Below, one piece after another: positions 11,713 to 24,250 of a stretch of 32,156 nucleotides of DNA; within the stretch, counting starts at the first letter, position 1, and the number at the start of each line of letters is the position of its first letter. The stretch is from positions 1 through 32,156 of the forward strand of contig CAJVPI010000382.1 of the NCBI GenBank assembly GCA_910592345.1. The letters are read 5' to 3'. Under the pieces are notes generated by a model. It ran no database searches. It had not been told where the DNA came from and saw only the letters and a list, made by a program, of their open reading frames with translations. Position numbers and translations under genes: made by a program. This stretch comes from Paraglomus brasilianum. Its lineage: Eukaryota.

Positions 11713-12837
11713 TATAAAATTTAGTAGATACTCGTGTCATGATTATATCACCCTTACAAAGCGTATATGTAGAATGTCACATTACCTATAATGATAATCT
11801 ATATCAAATTATACGTTTGGATATTAATATATTTGGTAATATTAAATCTTATAATATGTTGCATATTAATCATTATTTGTTCTAGCATTTCCGATACTCC
11901 GACTTATACAAATATCTAGGTTTTCTTCCAACTCAATTCCAACGTTCTTTTCTTCTTCTTCTTCTCAACTTGAAACCTATTATACGTTTGTGGCGCGTAA
12001 CAGCGCGAGTCTTGATACTATATAAGTATAGTAATTTGAAAACTGCCGGGAAGAATGGGTTACCGTAAATAATAAATCACAATATACTTATTCGTTGTTA
12101 AAACGTGGCTTCTTTCCTGTATGGTGGATTTTTTTTGACAGGGAGTTTTGAAATAGAAATTTATAGTTTTTGTTTGTGATGCTATCACTTATATAACATT
12201 AATGAACGTAATAGTTTAAAAATAAACAGGCAAAATTTAATGATAATCAGTTATAATAATAACTAATAAGGGTTCACTATCAATAAATCAAGAAAAAACA
12301 GATCCACATTCCAGACCGCAGCCGATTAATTTGTACTCGTAGCAACAGTAATGAGATTTCCTTTAAAGAAAACCGGTTATCACAAATGGCAATGGTTGGA
12401 AATGACTGGTTATCGGGGACTTTTTATTCTTGACTCGACACCGATAAGCAAGAATTGTGTGACGTCATATGATGATTTATGATCTTAATCAGACTGGGAA
12501 TACGGTGCATAGTTAAAAAAAAAAAAAAAGAGATTATCCTCCTCAATGAAAAGGAGAAAAAAACGGAAGCACAAAATCACAAACTCTTGAAATGGAAATA
12601 TTAACCAATATTATTGGAGAGGAAAAAAACCTTGTGTATGTGTTTTTTGTTATGAGCGTAAAAAAAAAAAAGCGTTCATGTATTTGTATAATTTAGGTAG
12701 AAAACACTTTTTCCCTACAAATGCGTAATTTAACTTTTATTTACACAAGTAATGAAATTTTTTGCTCGAGCCAATGAAACAACAGTCTATGACAGCTGTA
12801 ACCAGAATATTTGAAATCGATAGTTTAGTTGGACACT

Positions 12838-12900
12838 CTCTGCGTGCGTGGTATTCTGCGTGCATAGTACTCTGCGTGCATGGTACTCTGCGTGCGTGGT
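12838..12900. repeat. 16-bp minisatellite CTCTGCGTGCRTGGTA, about 4 copies
   Basis: Units start at 12838, 12854, 12870 and 12886, with 0-2 mismatches. Confidence 0.93.
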
Positions 12901-15181
12901 CGATAAACACCCAAACTTTTTTCAAAGGGTTCAGCTTATTTACATGCACAGACAGTCTCGTGGCAGTGCTGTGTGTAATCAACCCACTAGGAAATGGAAT
13001 GTGTTTGTACAACGTTCATGGGGTATTGATGATTTCCATACGATCTTGTATACGTTTAACAGCTTGGTATCTGACTACGAGTTACAGCTACTCATCACGC
13101 CGTTATTATTAATACAGGTTGTATTAGATGGGACAAGCGTAATTGAATTAATTACAATCGTTTGACAATTTTTAATATGCCTCGCAAAGAGAGTAGGACT
13201 GCCACATCGCCGCCGAGTTACTTTTCTCCCTCCGGTTTCCCCCACCCCCTTCACTATGCTAACCTTGTTTTCGTCACACATCGTATCCAAGTGCCTCAAA
13301 ATTACAAAATCGCACATCAGATTGGTCGTGATAAATTAGAGAGCATGAAATTCTTGTGACAGAAGCAGGCGATCATACTACGTTGGGGTCCTTTGTAAAG
13401 AATTTTCAGCAAATGGATACTTGAAAACTTTTTCGCTAGCATATTCTGTTGTTTCACACAAACAATTAAAGTAACCAAAACCAAAACCAAAATCAAAATC
13501 TAGCCTTTTTTTTTCTTTTCTACTAGCTATTCTGGTTGATGAAAGAGATCTCTCGCGAAAATGGGCAAGAAATAAGAAAGAAATGGAAATGATGGGTGAA
13601 AGTAACTACCAAATTCATTTAACGGTTATCATTATTCATCAGTTATTTTTTTTTTGCATTATCCGTATTTGTACAAGGCATATATATCAGGGGAGTAAAC
13701 TCATTATGATTTCATCGTAGTGTAACCATACACCCCTTTTTGAAGGTTACATTTAAACAATTATGGTCGCCAATATGACCAAGTGACGTAAATAAGATTG
13801 GGTAATTACAATTGACCAACCTAAACGTGAGAAAGTAATACAAATGATATCAGCCGATGCATCGGCATAGCGCACCCCGCCCCGTCGCAGTAGAAAGAGT
13901 CAGCATAGCAATTCTCCTTATAATATTGTTCTCTGTCTTTTCTATTCCAATTATCGCTATCGGCCATGTCCACTCGCAATTTTTTTTTACCATGTACTTG
14001 TCCACACAATTCTCCAAGTTTGCTTTCATGTCGCTGTATACTGTACATACATGCAAAATAATAAAATGAGAGAGAAATGTTTATTGGCTTGACCTTCGAA
14101 CTGAGATGATACTAATATAATCTACGGAATTGACGAGAGTTGAAAAAGTGTCTTACCGTGAACACTGTCAAATTACCCAAATGTCTTTATTGTTGCTTGA
14201 TACGTTGGTAAAAGTGTAAAAAAAAAGGGAATATTTTTATATGTGTACATGAAGAGTTGGTTTCCGAGAGTGTTTGTACAAATTCATCTTTACTGACAGA
14301 TAATATAAAGTCGTTCAAAAGCAAAAGGTATAATTTGTCATTTTTATCTCGTATTGCTTTTTGTGAATTGATACACCATGTAATGGCAGAATTGGCATCG
14401 GAGACAATGGCAAACTAGTGCATGTCAGAAGAAAGAAGAATTGAGCGATTGATTCAATCGATTATCTCTCTAATTAGTACGATAGCAGCATAACCGTACG
14501 TAGCAAAAACCTAACGCATACTCGTGAAGTAAATGGGCTTTTCTTAATACCATGCCATGGTACTAATAAGGTGTGGATACAGAGATAAGCGACATTATGC
14601 CATTAAAATCCTCTTCCCAGGACAAAGAAGGAGGAGAATAAGGAGAAATAGATACCACAAAGGAGAAGGAGATTGAGTAATGTCAAAACATTCTAGATAC
14701 GTCAATTGACACCTTCTCGACGGTATTCAGGTATGCGTTGTTGTATTCATGTAATGTTATTGAAAGAGATTTAGTAATCAGTTGAACTTGGTTTTCATAA
14801 TTTAACGTATTAACACTAGAAACTAACTGACTCAATCTACTCAAACAGCAACAACGTTCGCATGTCATTCACCACCAATCTCCCTGCTCTATGGGTAACA
14901 TTACTAAAGAATCATTCTGTATATTTTAGAAATTTCCCTTGTCAAAGTAAAATAGTAAGATTCCGAATTGCAAAAAAGACAAGATTACATATTCCTCCAG
15001 TGTGTCATAGACATTCAGGTATGGAATGCGGTTGGAGCGTATTTCTTGCTATGTGCATACATACACCCACACACACACATGTTGTGATATCTTACCACAA
15101 CGATATTAATATGACGATCTGTAAGAACATTTAATAGATACTAGTATGCAATGAATGACTGTACTGATTGCGAATTATTTA

Positions 15182-15221
15182 TTACAGCAATCCCATTTAC
15201 TTTACGGCAATCCCATTTACT
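15182..15221. repeat. 20-bp tandem duplication TTACRGCAATCCCATTTACT
   Basis: Two adjacent copies with one mismatch. Confidence 0.9.
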
Positions 15222-16268
15222 TGACACTACACACATCCCTCACCATTACTCGGACGCCAATTCCTCAACCACTCTCTCTCGCATTCTCTCTCTCAATCTC
15301 TCTTTTTCGTTTGATGTTGCAATATATCCAAATGCAGACGTTGGTTTTGCGTAACAATATAAGGGTGAGACGATCGATTGGGGGAACGGGCCGAGAAAAA
15401 TATAAGGTACTTGATGGATGGAACTATTCCTATTTCATTTTCGACTATTGCATTCCAATATAACAATGTACAAAATAACAAACAATACATATATCCCCCC
15501 ATTCCCAATGTGCTCTTTATACCATGTTTTGAAGCTTGCGTTATACCCAACTTTTAATATCATCTCTTGCATCAACATCATAAACACAATACAGATATTT
15601 AAGCGATCGGAAACAGAAATCAACCAATCAATCCCGTTATCTTGTGGTAGCAGACATTAATTAAATAATATGCAAGCTGACGAAGCCGGCAGGCGGAGAG
15701 GAGCGCACTTGTAAAATATATTTAATGTATGCATACAAAGATGTATGTAGTATGTATGTAACTGTATACGTTATGTGGTATGTATGCATGTTTCTGATTA
15801 AGTGAATCACGTGACAATTTTAGCCCCCTCTCCCTTGTAAGGCAAATAAACAGATCAACTCTTTTACTTTCCTTCTTTTAAGATGGTTCGATGTTGTTAA
15901 TTTATCTACTTTTGTTTATGTAGTTTATAATACAATCAATAAACAAGATCCACATCAATCTTAGCAAGTACAATATAAAAAAATATGTATGCGATACCCG
16001 ATTTATATATGTAACATTAATTTGTGTCAAAATTTTGGGGGGGATTCGTATAATTTTTGAAGAGAGGTTGGGGAAATAGTTTAAGTGCTGTACTCTCTTC
16101 TCATTCATTATTACTATTGCTGTGGATTTTTTTTTTCCATTTGTATATATTATATTTACTCGTCCATTGAAACCGTTGTCATTAATTGAATGATATAAAA
16201 ACCTTAGTCGCTCATAGACGTATTATTTAAAAGGGAGGGGGAGAGGGTGTGTGTGTTTGGGCGATGTG

Positions 16269-18098
16269 TCATATTTTTCTTGCGTATACTCTTCTCGATA
16301 TCCATCTCGTTCTGTACAGGTCAACTTCTCTACTGAAACTCTGCATCAATTCATCAAAGCTATCGAGCGGTATTCTCAACATATCAGATAATGGTGTTTT
16401 CAATGCTTTATAAAAAGCAATTAAATTGTCTTGCGCCTATCAAACAAACAATGGGCAAACATTGGACACGTTAGTATTTTATCTTTTGCCTTATTCTTGC
16501 ACTTGCATGATGCACTTGCATGATGTACTTGCATATTGCATATCATGATAATACTGTATATTTCGTCATCTTTTTCCCCCCCCCCCCCTCCCCCATAAAG
16601 TGACGTCTTTTCCCTCTCAATTACTCACCAGTTTCCCAGGGTTGCCGCCCCAGCTTCCGACAGGTATTGACATTTCTTGTGTATTTACGTCAGTCAAGTG
16701 AGAATCTTTGGCGAGAAGATTCCGAAGAGATTCACTTATATACGGATCCATTTCATAAGAACGGAGTAGAGTAGCAACTAACAAAACATTGATACAATAT
16801 AAACCGTTAATTAATACAGTGATGCATTGTGACATTGCACAATTTGTACCAACACACAACACTCATTTACAATTCCTTTTCCCTTTCCCTTTTCCCTTTC
16901 CCCCTTCCCCCTTTTTCCCTTTTCCCCTTTCCCCTTTCCCCCATCAATTTCCTACTCTACTCACCAGCATCACTCAACTGTTTGGCCACCGGTCCCATAC
17001 TTTCATATTGCCCATCACATTCTGCAACTTCAATCCATCCACCTTTCTTCAAAACCCGCACGATTTCATTGATAACCTCGTTTTCCCATTGTGATGTTGT
17101 ATATGCACATACAAGAAATCGTTGATATACATAATCGAATTTATCGTTATCGTATGGGAGACCGTCGAGTATATTTGACTGGGTGAAGGTTACATTTTGA
17201 GGCTTTATCGATGACGGATATACAGCGACCATATCGATACCTGTGAAGAAAGAGTGTGGATACGATGTTGCCATTTCCAATGTCCAGAATGCTAAAATAG
17301 ATAACGCCTTGTAAGTATTGTATTATATATGATTTTAAAAATTCATGACAGAAACAGCATTTACCTGGTCCACAACTATGATTGATCGAACGTAAGAGAG
17401 AGAAAAAAAAAAGTTAATAAATAAAGATCAGAGAATGGCATTTGTAAGTCTCTCAGGCTCATTTATATTACTTACCCAATTTCAAGAATTCTACCTCCAC
17501 CACCAGTCAACATGCCTATGACGGGAGCAGAATAGTTATTACCCCACACGTATCTCAACATATAATGCTGTGTCAAGAGCCTATCCATTTCCTCATCGTC
17601 ATTAGGCAATAAATATTTACTATTGGCCACGTTATGCCATCGCCTGCTATATCGAGTTATAAAACCAGTAAAACTCCTACGATTCAATTGTGGCGGTGCG
17701 GGCAAAGGATTTGATAACCTGGAAGAAGACGGAGGCCGGAGACGGTTGGACGAACCGTTCTGAGTACGAAAAATCGAACGCAATGTGCTGCGTGAAGTCG
17801 TTCGTGCGATATTGGTCCTCGATGTGGCATTAGGTGAGGATTGTTCGCTAAATGTTTGTGTAGGAGGACGAGAGGAATTATGCGTTGTTGATTCTGTGAG
17901 TATGGATATTGTAGGTATAGTAGATGGTGTTGGTGTTGTTGTTGTTGTTGATGTTGTCGTTGTTGTTGTAGTCGTCGTGGCCGATGGTCTTGTGTCGTAT
18001 GGAATAGTTATGCTTCCAGCTGCACTGGTACTCCTATTGTTGCTGTTTATTACACTCCTGTCGCCATCATTACTTCCTTTGCTAACACAGCTACCCAT
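16269..18098 (-). CDS. LaeA-like class I SAM-dependent methyltransferase, 425 aa; exons 18098-17476, 17375-17365, 17291-16965, 16777-16629, 16436-16269
   Basis: Four GT-AG introns give a continuous 1278-nt frame. The LaeA-family motif is RRWHN...KYLLPNDDEEMDRL..QHY. Motif I is ILEIGCGPAFW and motif II is FTGID. Further motifs are LPYDNDKFDYVYQR, EIVRVLKKGGWIEVAE, IPVGSWGG and a C-terminal VYARKI*. The N-terminus is MGSCVSK followed by a Ser/Thr/Pro-rich low-complexity region. Confidence 0.93.
16872..16942 (-). repeat. Pure purine/pyrimidine tract (G3-5/A2-5 runs on the sense strand) in methyltransferase intron 3
   Basis: About 70 nt of only C/T on the + strand, with about ten C runs of 3 or more. 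Confidence 0.9.
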
Positions 18099-19309
18099 GC
18101 TATAATAAATGATTGGTTTTTTTTTTGATTTGAAAAAAAAATTGAATATTTTGTTTTAAGGGTTGGGGGTTTCGAGCTTATATTTAAAGTTTTTTATCCA
18201 GCGATGGCTTAAATAATTTTTGGTAAGACGTGGTACGACAGAGGAATGCCCTCTCTTTGGAAAATTTTAAGTTGACTACTGATTACAGGGTTGATGTTTG
18301 TTTGTTCGTGGATCAGGGATTCATATAAAGCAAGGAGATGCAAAAGACGGTGCTACTTTTTTGTAAAGAATGCGAAGTATGGACAAGTGATACGTTTTTT
18401 TGGGGGTTTTTTCTCTTACTGTTGTTATATATTGGGTCCCACGCTTTGAGAAAGTAACCAAATTCATTGCAATTTAAATTAATATAAAAAAGTAGGGAAT
18501 TAGTGGATATTATGTTACGTCATAATTTGATTTATGCTGATCGTAGTGTGTTATCGCTAATACTAATGATATTGTCGTAAATCATGTGGATTCTATTTAT
18601 AATAAATTTGATGCATTATTACAATGTTGTATTCATATTGTATTATAGAGATGGAATCATACCTTTCCATTTTCTGTTGTATCGACAACCTGACATATTA
18701 TTAATATAATGGCATTGTAGAAAGCGGCTAATTTCCTTATATGGGCAATGTTACATATCCTAATTGGCTCGTCGATGGGACGAAATTAATTTCATGAATC
18801 CATTCGGCAAATACTAACATTTTATACATTGTTCGGAAATTACGTCGAATTACAAGCATTGAAATTTCCGAATCACATTATTAATGGAAAAGGGAATGCG
18901 GATATTGCCTATGTGTGTTTTCATTGTACATTCGAATACGCTGGACTGTTTGAACAAAGAGATGCATGCATGGGTGAACATGGTTTGATGGTCTATGGCT
19001 TGTTGTCGATTCTGGATAGCATTTGCAACTCGAGAGTTACTTGCCTAGCAAAAAGGCATTTTCTAGGCCAATTCGTTATCGTTACCATACAAAGACAAAC
19101 GCTTCGGCAAATAATGTCATAATACCGCATGCAATGTTACGTTACTTGGTGCATTATTTATATTATCCAATAATTTGTTATTTGTGTCACAGGGGTTAGC
19201 ATGTGTCCATTGTAGATGTCCATTTGCGGTAAGTACTCATGCAGATTTATTAAATAGATTGAACAGAATAGGTGTATTGTTTAGTAAGTTTTTTTTAATG
19301 ATTGACTGA

Positions 19310-19371
19310 CCGCCCACCACCCACACACCACCCATCACACCACCCACACACCACCCACCACCCCATCCCAC
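19310..19371. repeat. C/A-rich low-complexity repeat (CCACCCACACA-like)
   Basis: Read directly; an irregular C1-4A pattern about 1.2 kb upstream of the methyltransferase start. Confidence 0.85.
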
Positions 19372-22300
19372 TCTTTCCATTGTCTACTGCCGTGTTTTAT
19401 TGTTTGATCATAATCGACAAACCAATTATCATACGATTGACTAACCCATTAATTGTAACTAGACCACATGTAATTTCTATACCTACAGCGTATGGTAAAG
19501 ATTTATGAATTATTTCAAGGTGTTAGTCTAAATGCATACTTACACATATTAACATAATTATTTACAAGTAACGTCAAGCTGCTCGTAAAATACCCACGGG
19601 CGATCTATTTTACCTAATATGCACAATGATGGGCCCTTTCCCTTGTCGTATATTTATGACGTACTATATTTGGTGTATTATAAAATATGCATTGTCTATT
19701 GCCAAGGAAAACCTCAAAAGCCCGTCACTACATTTTTGAAGGGTTGACCTAACCCGAGCGGTTTAGCAGCGATTGGGGCCTATAGCATATTACAAATTTA
19801 ATCACGCCACCCCATCATACAATACGGACTGTAATAAACAAGTACCGGTCACGAGACATTAATTTGTTGCCGGATCTTACCCGAACTGTTTGCTTCTTCT
19901 TCAACATCTCAAAAAAGAATCTTATCTATCAAATCTTTTATTTTGTTTACATCTACGACAACCAGCCTTGTTATATTATTAATGCTATCCACATAACTAG
20001 GTAGAAGGTTCTTTGTACGCATTACATGTAAATACCTTGTTTTATGAGAAATACTTGTCGTTACCATGTTCCGTTTTCGCTTCAAATCAAACAGCCTAAT
20101 ACTAATTGCGTACATCAAAGTGTGTACATCCGACATGTGAAAACAACAAGGTATGACTCTCGTATATTAACTATGTCAACTTTCCCCCTATTTTAGATAT
20201 ATGAATAGTCACCTTATTCTTCAATCAGTCAATAGTCGACCGGACTTTTCAGAGTTGTTTATCATTGTGCTATATACAAAAACTTTATTCGGGGAATGTA
20301 TTTTGTATAAGGTCATACTTACTTTACTAAACAAAAACACAAATTTTACAATTATAACTTTTTCGGTTATGTGGTAAATTTCGTAACTTGGCACAACAAA
20401 CTTTTAATTCCCGTTTATGATATCAACCCTATTACCCGTTGGTAATGCGACTTTTGTGGCAATGGTTGACGTACAATACAAACCGTTTAGACACGGCATA
20501 CATACCAATTTAAATACTCACTGATACGATTAAATATTCGGCATATGTCTTTGAGTGAATTTTTTTACAAAAACCAAAAATCCACGCACATACGAAAAGA
20601 CTAATCAAACGCTTTAGACAGCCTACAACTGACGTGATGTAATATCATACAGCACATGACGACTGATGCCAAGCTCAAGCAAACAATCCCACAATCGGGT
20701 TCGCTTTAAGATTGATTTAATATTTCTTGTGTTAAATGAAGTCGATATTATTTTTTCCAAACAAAGCCCAAAGAGTAACGTGGATCAATTACGTGACTGA
20801 CACAACGTATTTTAATCGTTTGGTGTAATCTGCCATTTCTTGGATCAAATGAGCCGGTCAACACAAGCGTACCGAATAAGTTAAATTTGCTTACCTAATT
20901 ATCACACCTTGCATACACGAACAAGGGGTTAAAAATACAATGCCAAAGATTACATATAAATAATCTGTTTGTTTATTGTAACATCAATTATCGTTCAATC
21001 TACAATCAAAGATATGATGTTGCAACAACCTACAACAAAGTTAGTAACCATAAATATACGAAAGATTAACCTTGTCGGCCATATTCTTATTAAAAGAACG
21101 TAAACAATAAAAGCATTTCAGCCAAGCAAAGTTATTTACTGCTTTGATTTGTTGAGCAAAAAACAGACAAGAAATTAAAGCACATTTCACATTATTTATC
21201 GTATGTCTTTAATTAGTACAATAATAAACAAATAAATAATCTCACATATCGAAGTTATCGGTTGTTCGAGTTTTGACGCAATTTGTAATAACAACCTCTA
21301 ACAGTCTCGGTCAATACAGAAATATCGGCTACAACTTATATTAGTACGTTTGTGCTAATGCGTACAAGTATGGTTTCTTACACCCACGATTCATAATATG
21401 GGGAGCAAAGAACAATATTGTATGAATACTCCCACCTGACTACTAACCAACCAATCAAAAATTCACCATGCCACATTTTCTTAAACAAAGACTTTGAATA
21501 GAATATCCATTCTCGATCTTTACAAATTTATATTAATGTTAATATCCGCGGACATTTTCAAAATACAATTCTTAATATTACAGTATTATATAATTAAAAC
21601 ATGTTACATCATTGTTTGAACACTGTGAAACTTGACAAGGTGGCCTTCGCTCACGCTAGTCTCATTACGGTTGTTAATAACCACTATTGGCAACAGTGAT
21701 GATGTAATTAAAGCTTATCGTATGCGTTGTTTCTATCAACTTGGCTTAAATGGAAAAAAGACAATAAATAAGGTTATTACATTTGTGCTATTAAACTGAT
21801 ATGCTAAATAAACTACCTTTTTTTGTTAACCGAAAATTGAAGGTTAAATAAATCGGAGGGACTATCGGGTGAGTGTAATCTTGTATTACAATGGCTTCTT
21901 CTTTATTACTCTATAAAAATTGACATTGGAGAATTAATCTATTAAGTGTACTAGTTTTTATAGTGTATTTAATGCTATGCAACGGACCTGTTTTACTAAT
22001 CATACGGCGTAAATTATAATTTTTCGGTTCCTCAAAAACTCCGTTATGCGCTTCGTTATATTAGTTGCTTCATGTGTATCTACCTTTGCAGCAGACAACG
22101 ACAGAAAATGTGCGGGTATATACGTTGTTTGGCCCTAGTCATAATAAAAAAGCCAATTAATAGATTTAATCTACTGGAACGAATGAATTATGTAGATCAA
22201 TAATCTGACAACGGTTGTGTGGAACCGATTGACATAATTGATAATTTTTATAATATTACACCTGAAATTAATTCTTGCAATTGCGAGACGAGATAATGTC

Positions 22301-23691
22301 GTGGGACGCAAACAAAACAAGTTGCGATATGTTGATGAGCAAATGAAGCGTTTTCGGATAATGGATCTTGAATAAAGATGTGTCATTTTATTTTTGTTTA
22401 AAAAATTCTCTCGGAAAAACGCGAGAGTAAAGTATTCTTTAAACTTTTAGAAAAACTGACCATCAATGATTGTGTCATTTTTGTATACTGATTGAAGTAA
22501 ATAATATGTCCCCGCTCATACAAATAATGAGATAAGCAAACATTTGGCATGGCAATACTAAGCACTCTCTCGTAACTATATGTTGGATTCCAGACTTAAT
22601 TTGGGCTTGATTCCCGGATTTATTAGTTAAAGATTTTGTTATATTAATGTTCAAACATGTGTTATTACCTTTTATTATTATCAACTAACACTAGCAATTT
22701 AATTCCCGGTTTTCTTCAAGCGTGCAATTTTTTCTAACAATTCGTTCACCAAGAAGTGATTCCAACGAGTGAAAAGGTATCTTTTTTTATAATATTATTA
22801 ACTGTTGCATAAGACGTACTATAACAAAATCCGGTGCATTTTTTTTTTTATTTTCCAGACACCTATAAGACGTGAGCTTCAGAGTTCGAGGCTTTTGAAA
22901 TGTGATCTCTTTTTATTCCAAAGCTTAGGCGTAAAATTACAACAACAATTGGCATTCGATGCTGTACGTGATATTGAATTGGTATAATGTTTATGCAATT
23001 TAAAGACCTACTGCAGGTTCAAAGTACACTTTCAAGCGATAACACATTTTTGTTTTGATACTCAAAACGTGTTCATAGCATTTACCAGATGCATTATTTT
23101 ATTCGAGTCACAGTCATTTGTTATCTTGTGAATATGTTACTCATCTTGCTCTTGTTGCTATAGCTAAAGCCCATTATGAAGTTTGAATCACTAAGATATC
23201 CGTTAAGCTTGATAATTGATTCTGATAATCTATCTTTAATTGATGAGTCCATAATCAACACTTGGAAGTAGCGTCCGTTCCGACTGATGTGGGACGGAAA
23301 GATAAAGGTACAGCGACTGCGATAGATATAGATGATATAAACGATACGGACGTTATATAGTAATTGACATAAGAAGATATGTTGCTCTCACAACAACCTT
23401 TGTAATACCATGGTGTTGTTACGAATCCGCGATGTTACTTGGCACGTGATACGTAGCGTTAACATCGATAACCTTTATTTGGACATGCATATTGTGTAAT
23501 GATAATAATGATTAGACAATCAAACAACAAGTAGATAACTAGTTGGTGGAACATCTATTCATTGTAAATATCCGATCTAATCTTTCTCATCTAACTCTCG
23601 GTTATTCGGATGTCACGAGGCTAGATATAAAATCGAGCATATATTGAAATACGGATTTAATTGACTACTGTAAAAACTAAACCAATGTTTA

Positions 23692-24250
23692 TGGTTCGGT
23701 GCAAAAAGGTTGATACACGAAAATCGTCACCTGAATTTTTCCTATAATACAAACTCGCTAATCAAGTCATGTGAGCGTACAAATTATACAAAAGGTTTCA
23801 AATTTGAGATTTCTTTTTCTCATGTGATGACTTGGAACGAGATCAAAGTTTCTTAACTAGCAACGAAAAAAAGATGATTGTTTGAGTCCAACAGTACTTT
23901 TTAAGTATCCGACAACGCCAGACGCAACGTCAAGACTAATCACTACGCAAGCAGGTTGCTTCAGTTTTCGTATATTGGGGAGGCAACAAACAGTTGCGCA
24001 TGTGGTTGCTGAGTATAACAGAAGTGAAAATGAAGAATTCTCACGGCAAACAATCATACACAAGTTATTGGTTATGAAGATTTTGAAGGAGAAGTTGAAT
24101 ATTTTGTAAAATAAATTTTAATAAAATTTGCATCGAGATATATATCTTGAACTATAAATCATACAAATAATTTATTTAAAACATTCCATTGATTCGGAAA
24201 AAAGAATTTTTATCATAAACATATTATATCAACCTTTTTGCACCGGACGA
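23692..24250 (+). mobile_element. Non-autonomous Tc1/mariner DNA transposon, internally deleted (559 bp)
   Basis: 24-bp TIRs at 23692-23715 and 24227-24250 (22/24, inner 19 bp CGGTGCAAAAAGGTTGATA perfect), flanked by TA at 23690-23691 and 24251-24252. The internal peptide RQQTVAHVVAEYNRSENEEFSRQTIIHKL resembles the second HTH of Tc1/Tc3 transposases. No DDE domain is present. Confidence 0.87.

Noticed and set aside
12838..12900. Metal-response-element array (TGCRCNC on the minus strand)
   Set aside because: Only two of four units match, the MTF-1/MRE system is metazoan, and the array is not upstream of either gene.
12737..14069. Cluster of overlapping 65-116 aa ORFs
   Set aside because: Overlapping on both strands, partly minisatellite-derived, with no recognisable motif or consistent splice model.
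16789..17125. Phe/Pro-rich ORFs on the + strand
   Set aside because: They are the antisense of exon 3 plus the C/T tract of intron 3.
17785..18105. 106-aa Val-rich ORF on the + strand
   Set aside because: It is the antisense shadow of the Thr-rich methyltransferase exon 1.
23272..23312. Hammerhead-ribozyme-like CTGATG...GAAA with a hairpin
   Set aside because: The core is CUGAUGU rather than CUGAnGA, and no stem II or III can form.
23416..23640. Solo LTR starting TGTTACG
   Set aside because: No matching end or TSD could be defined.
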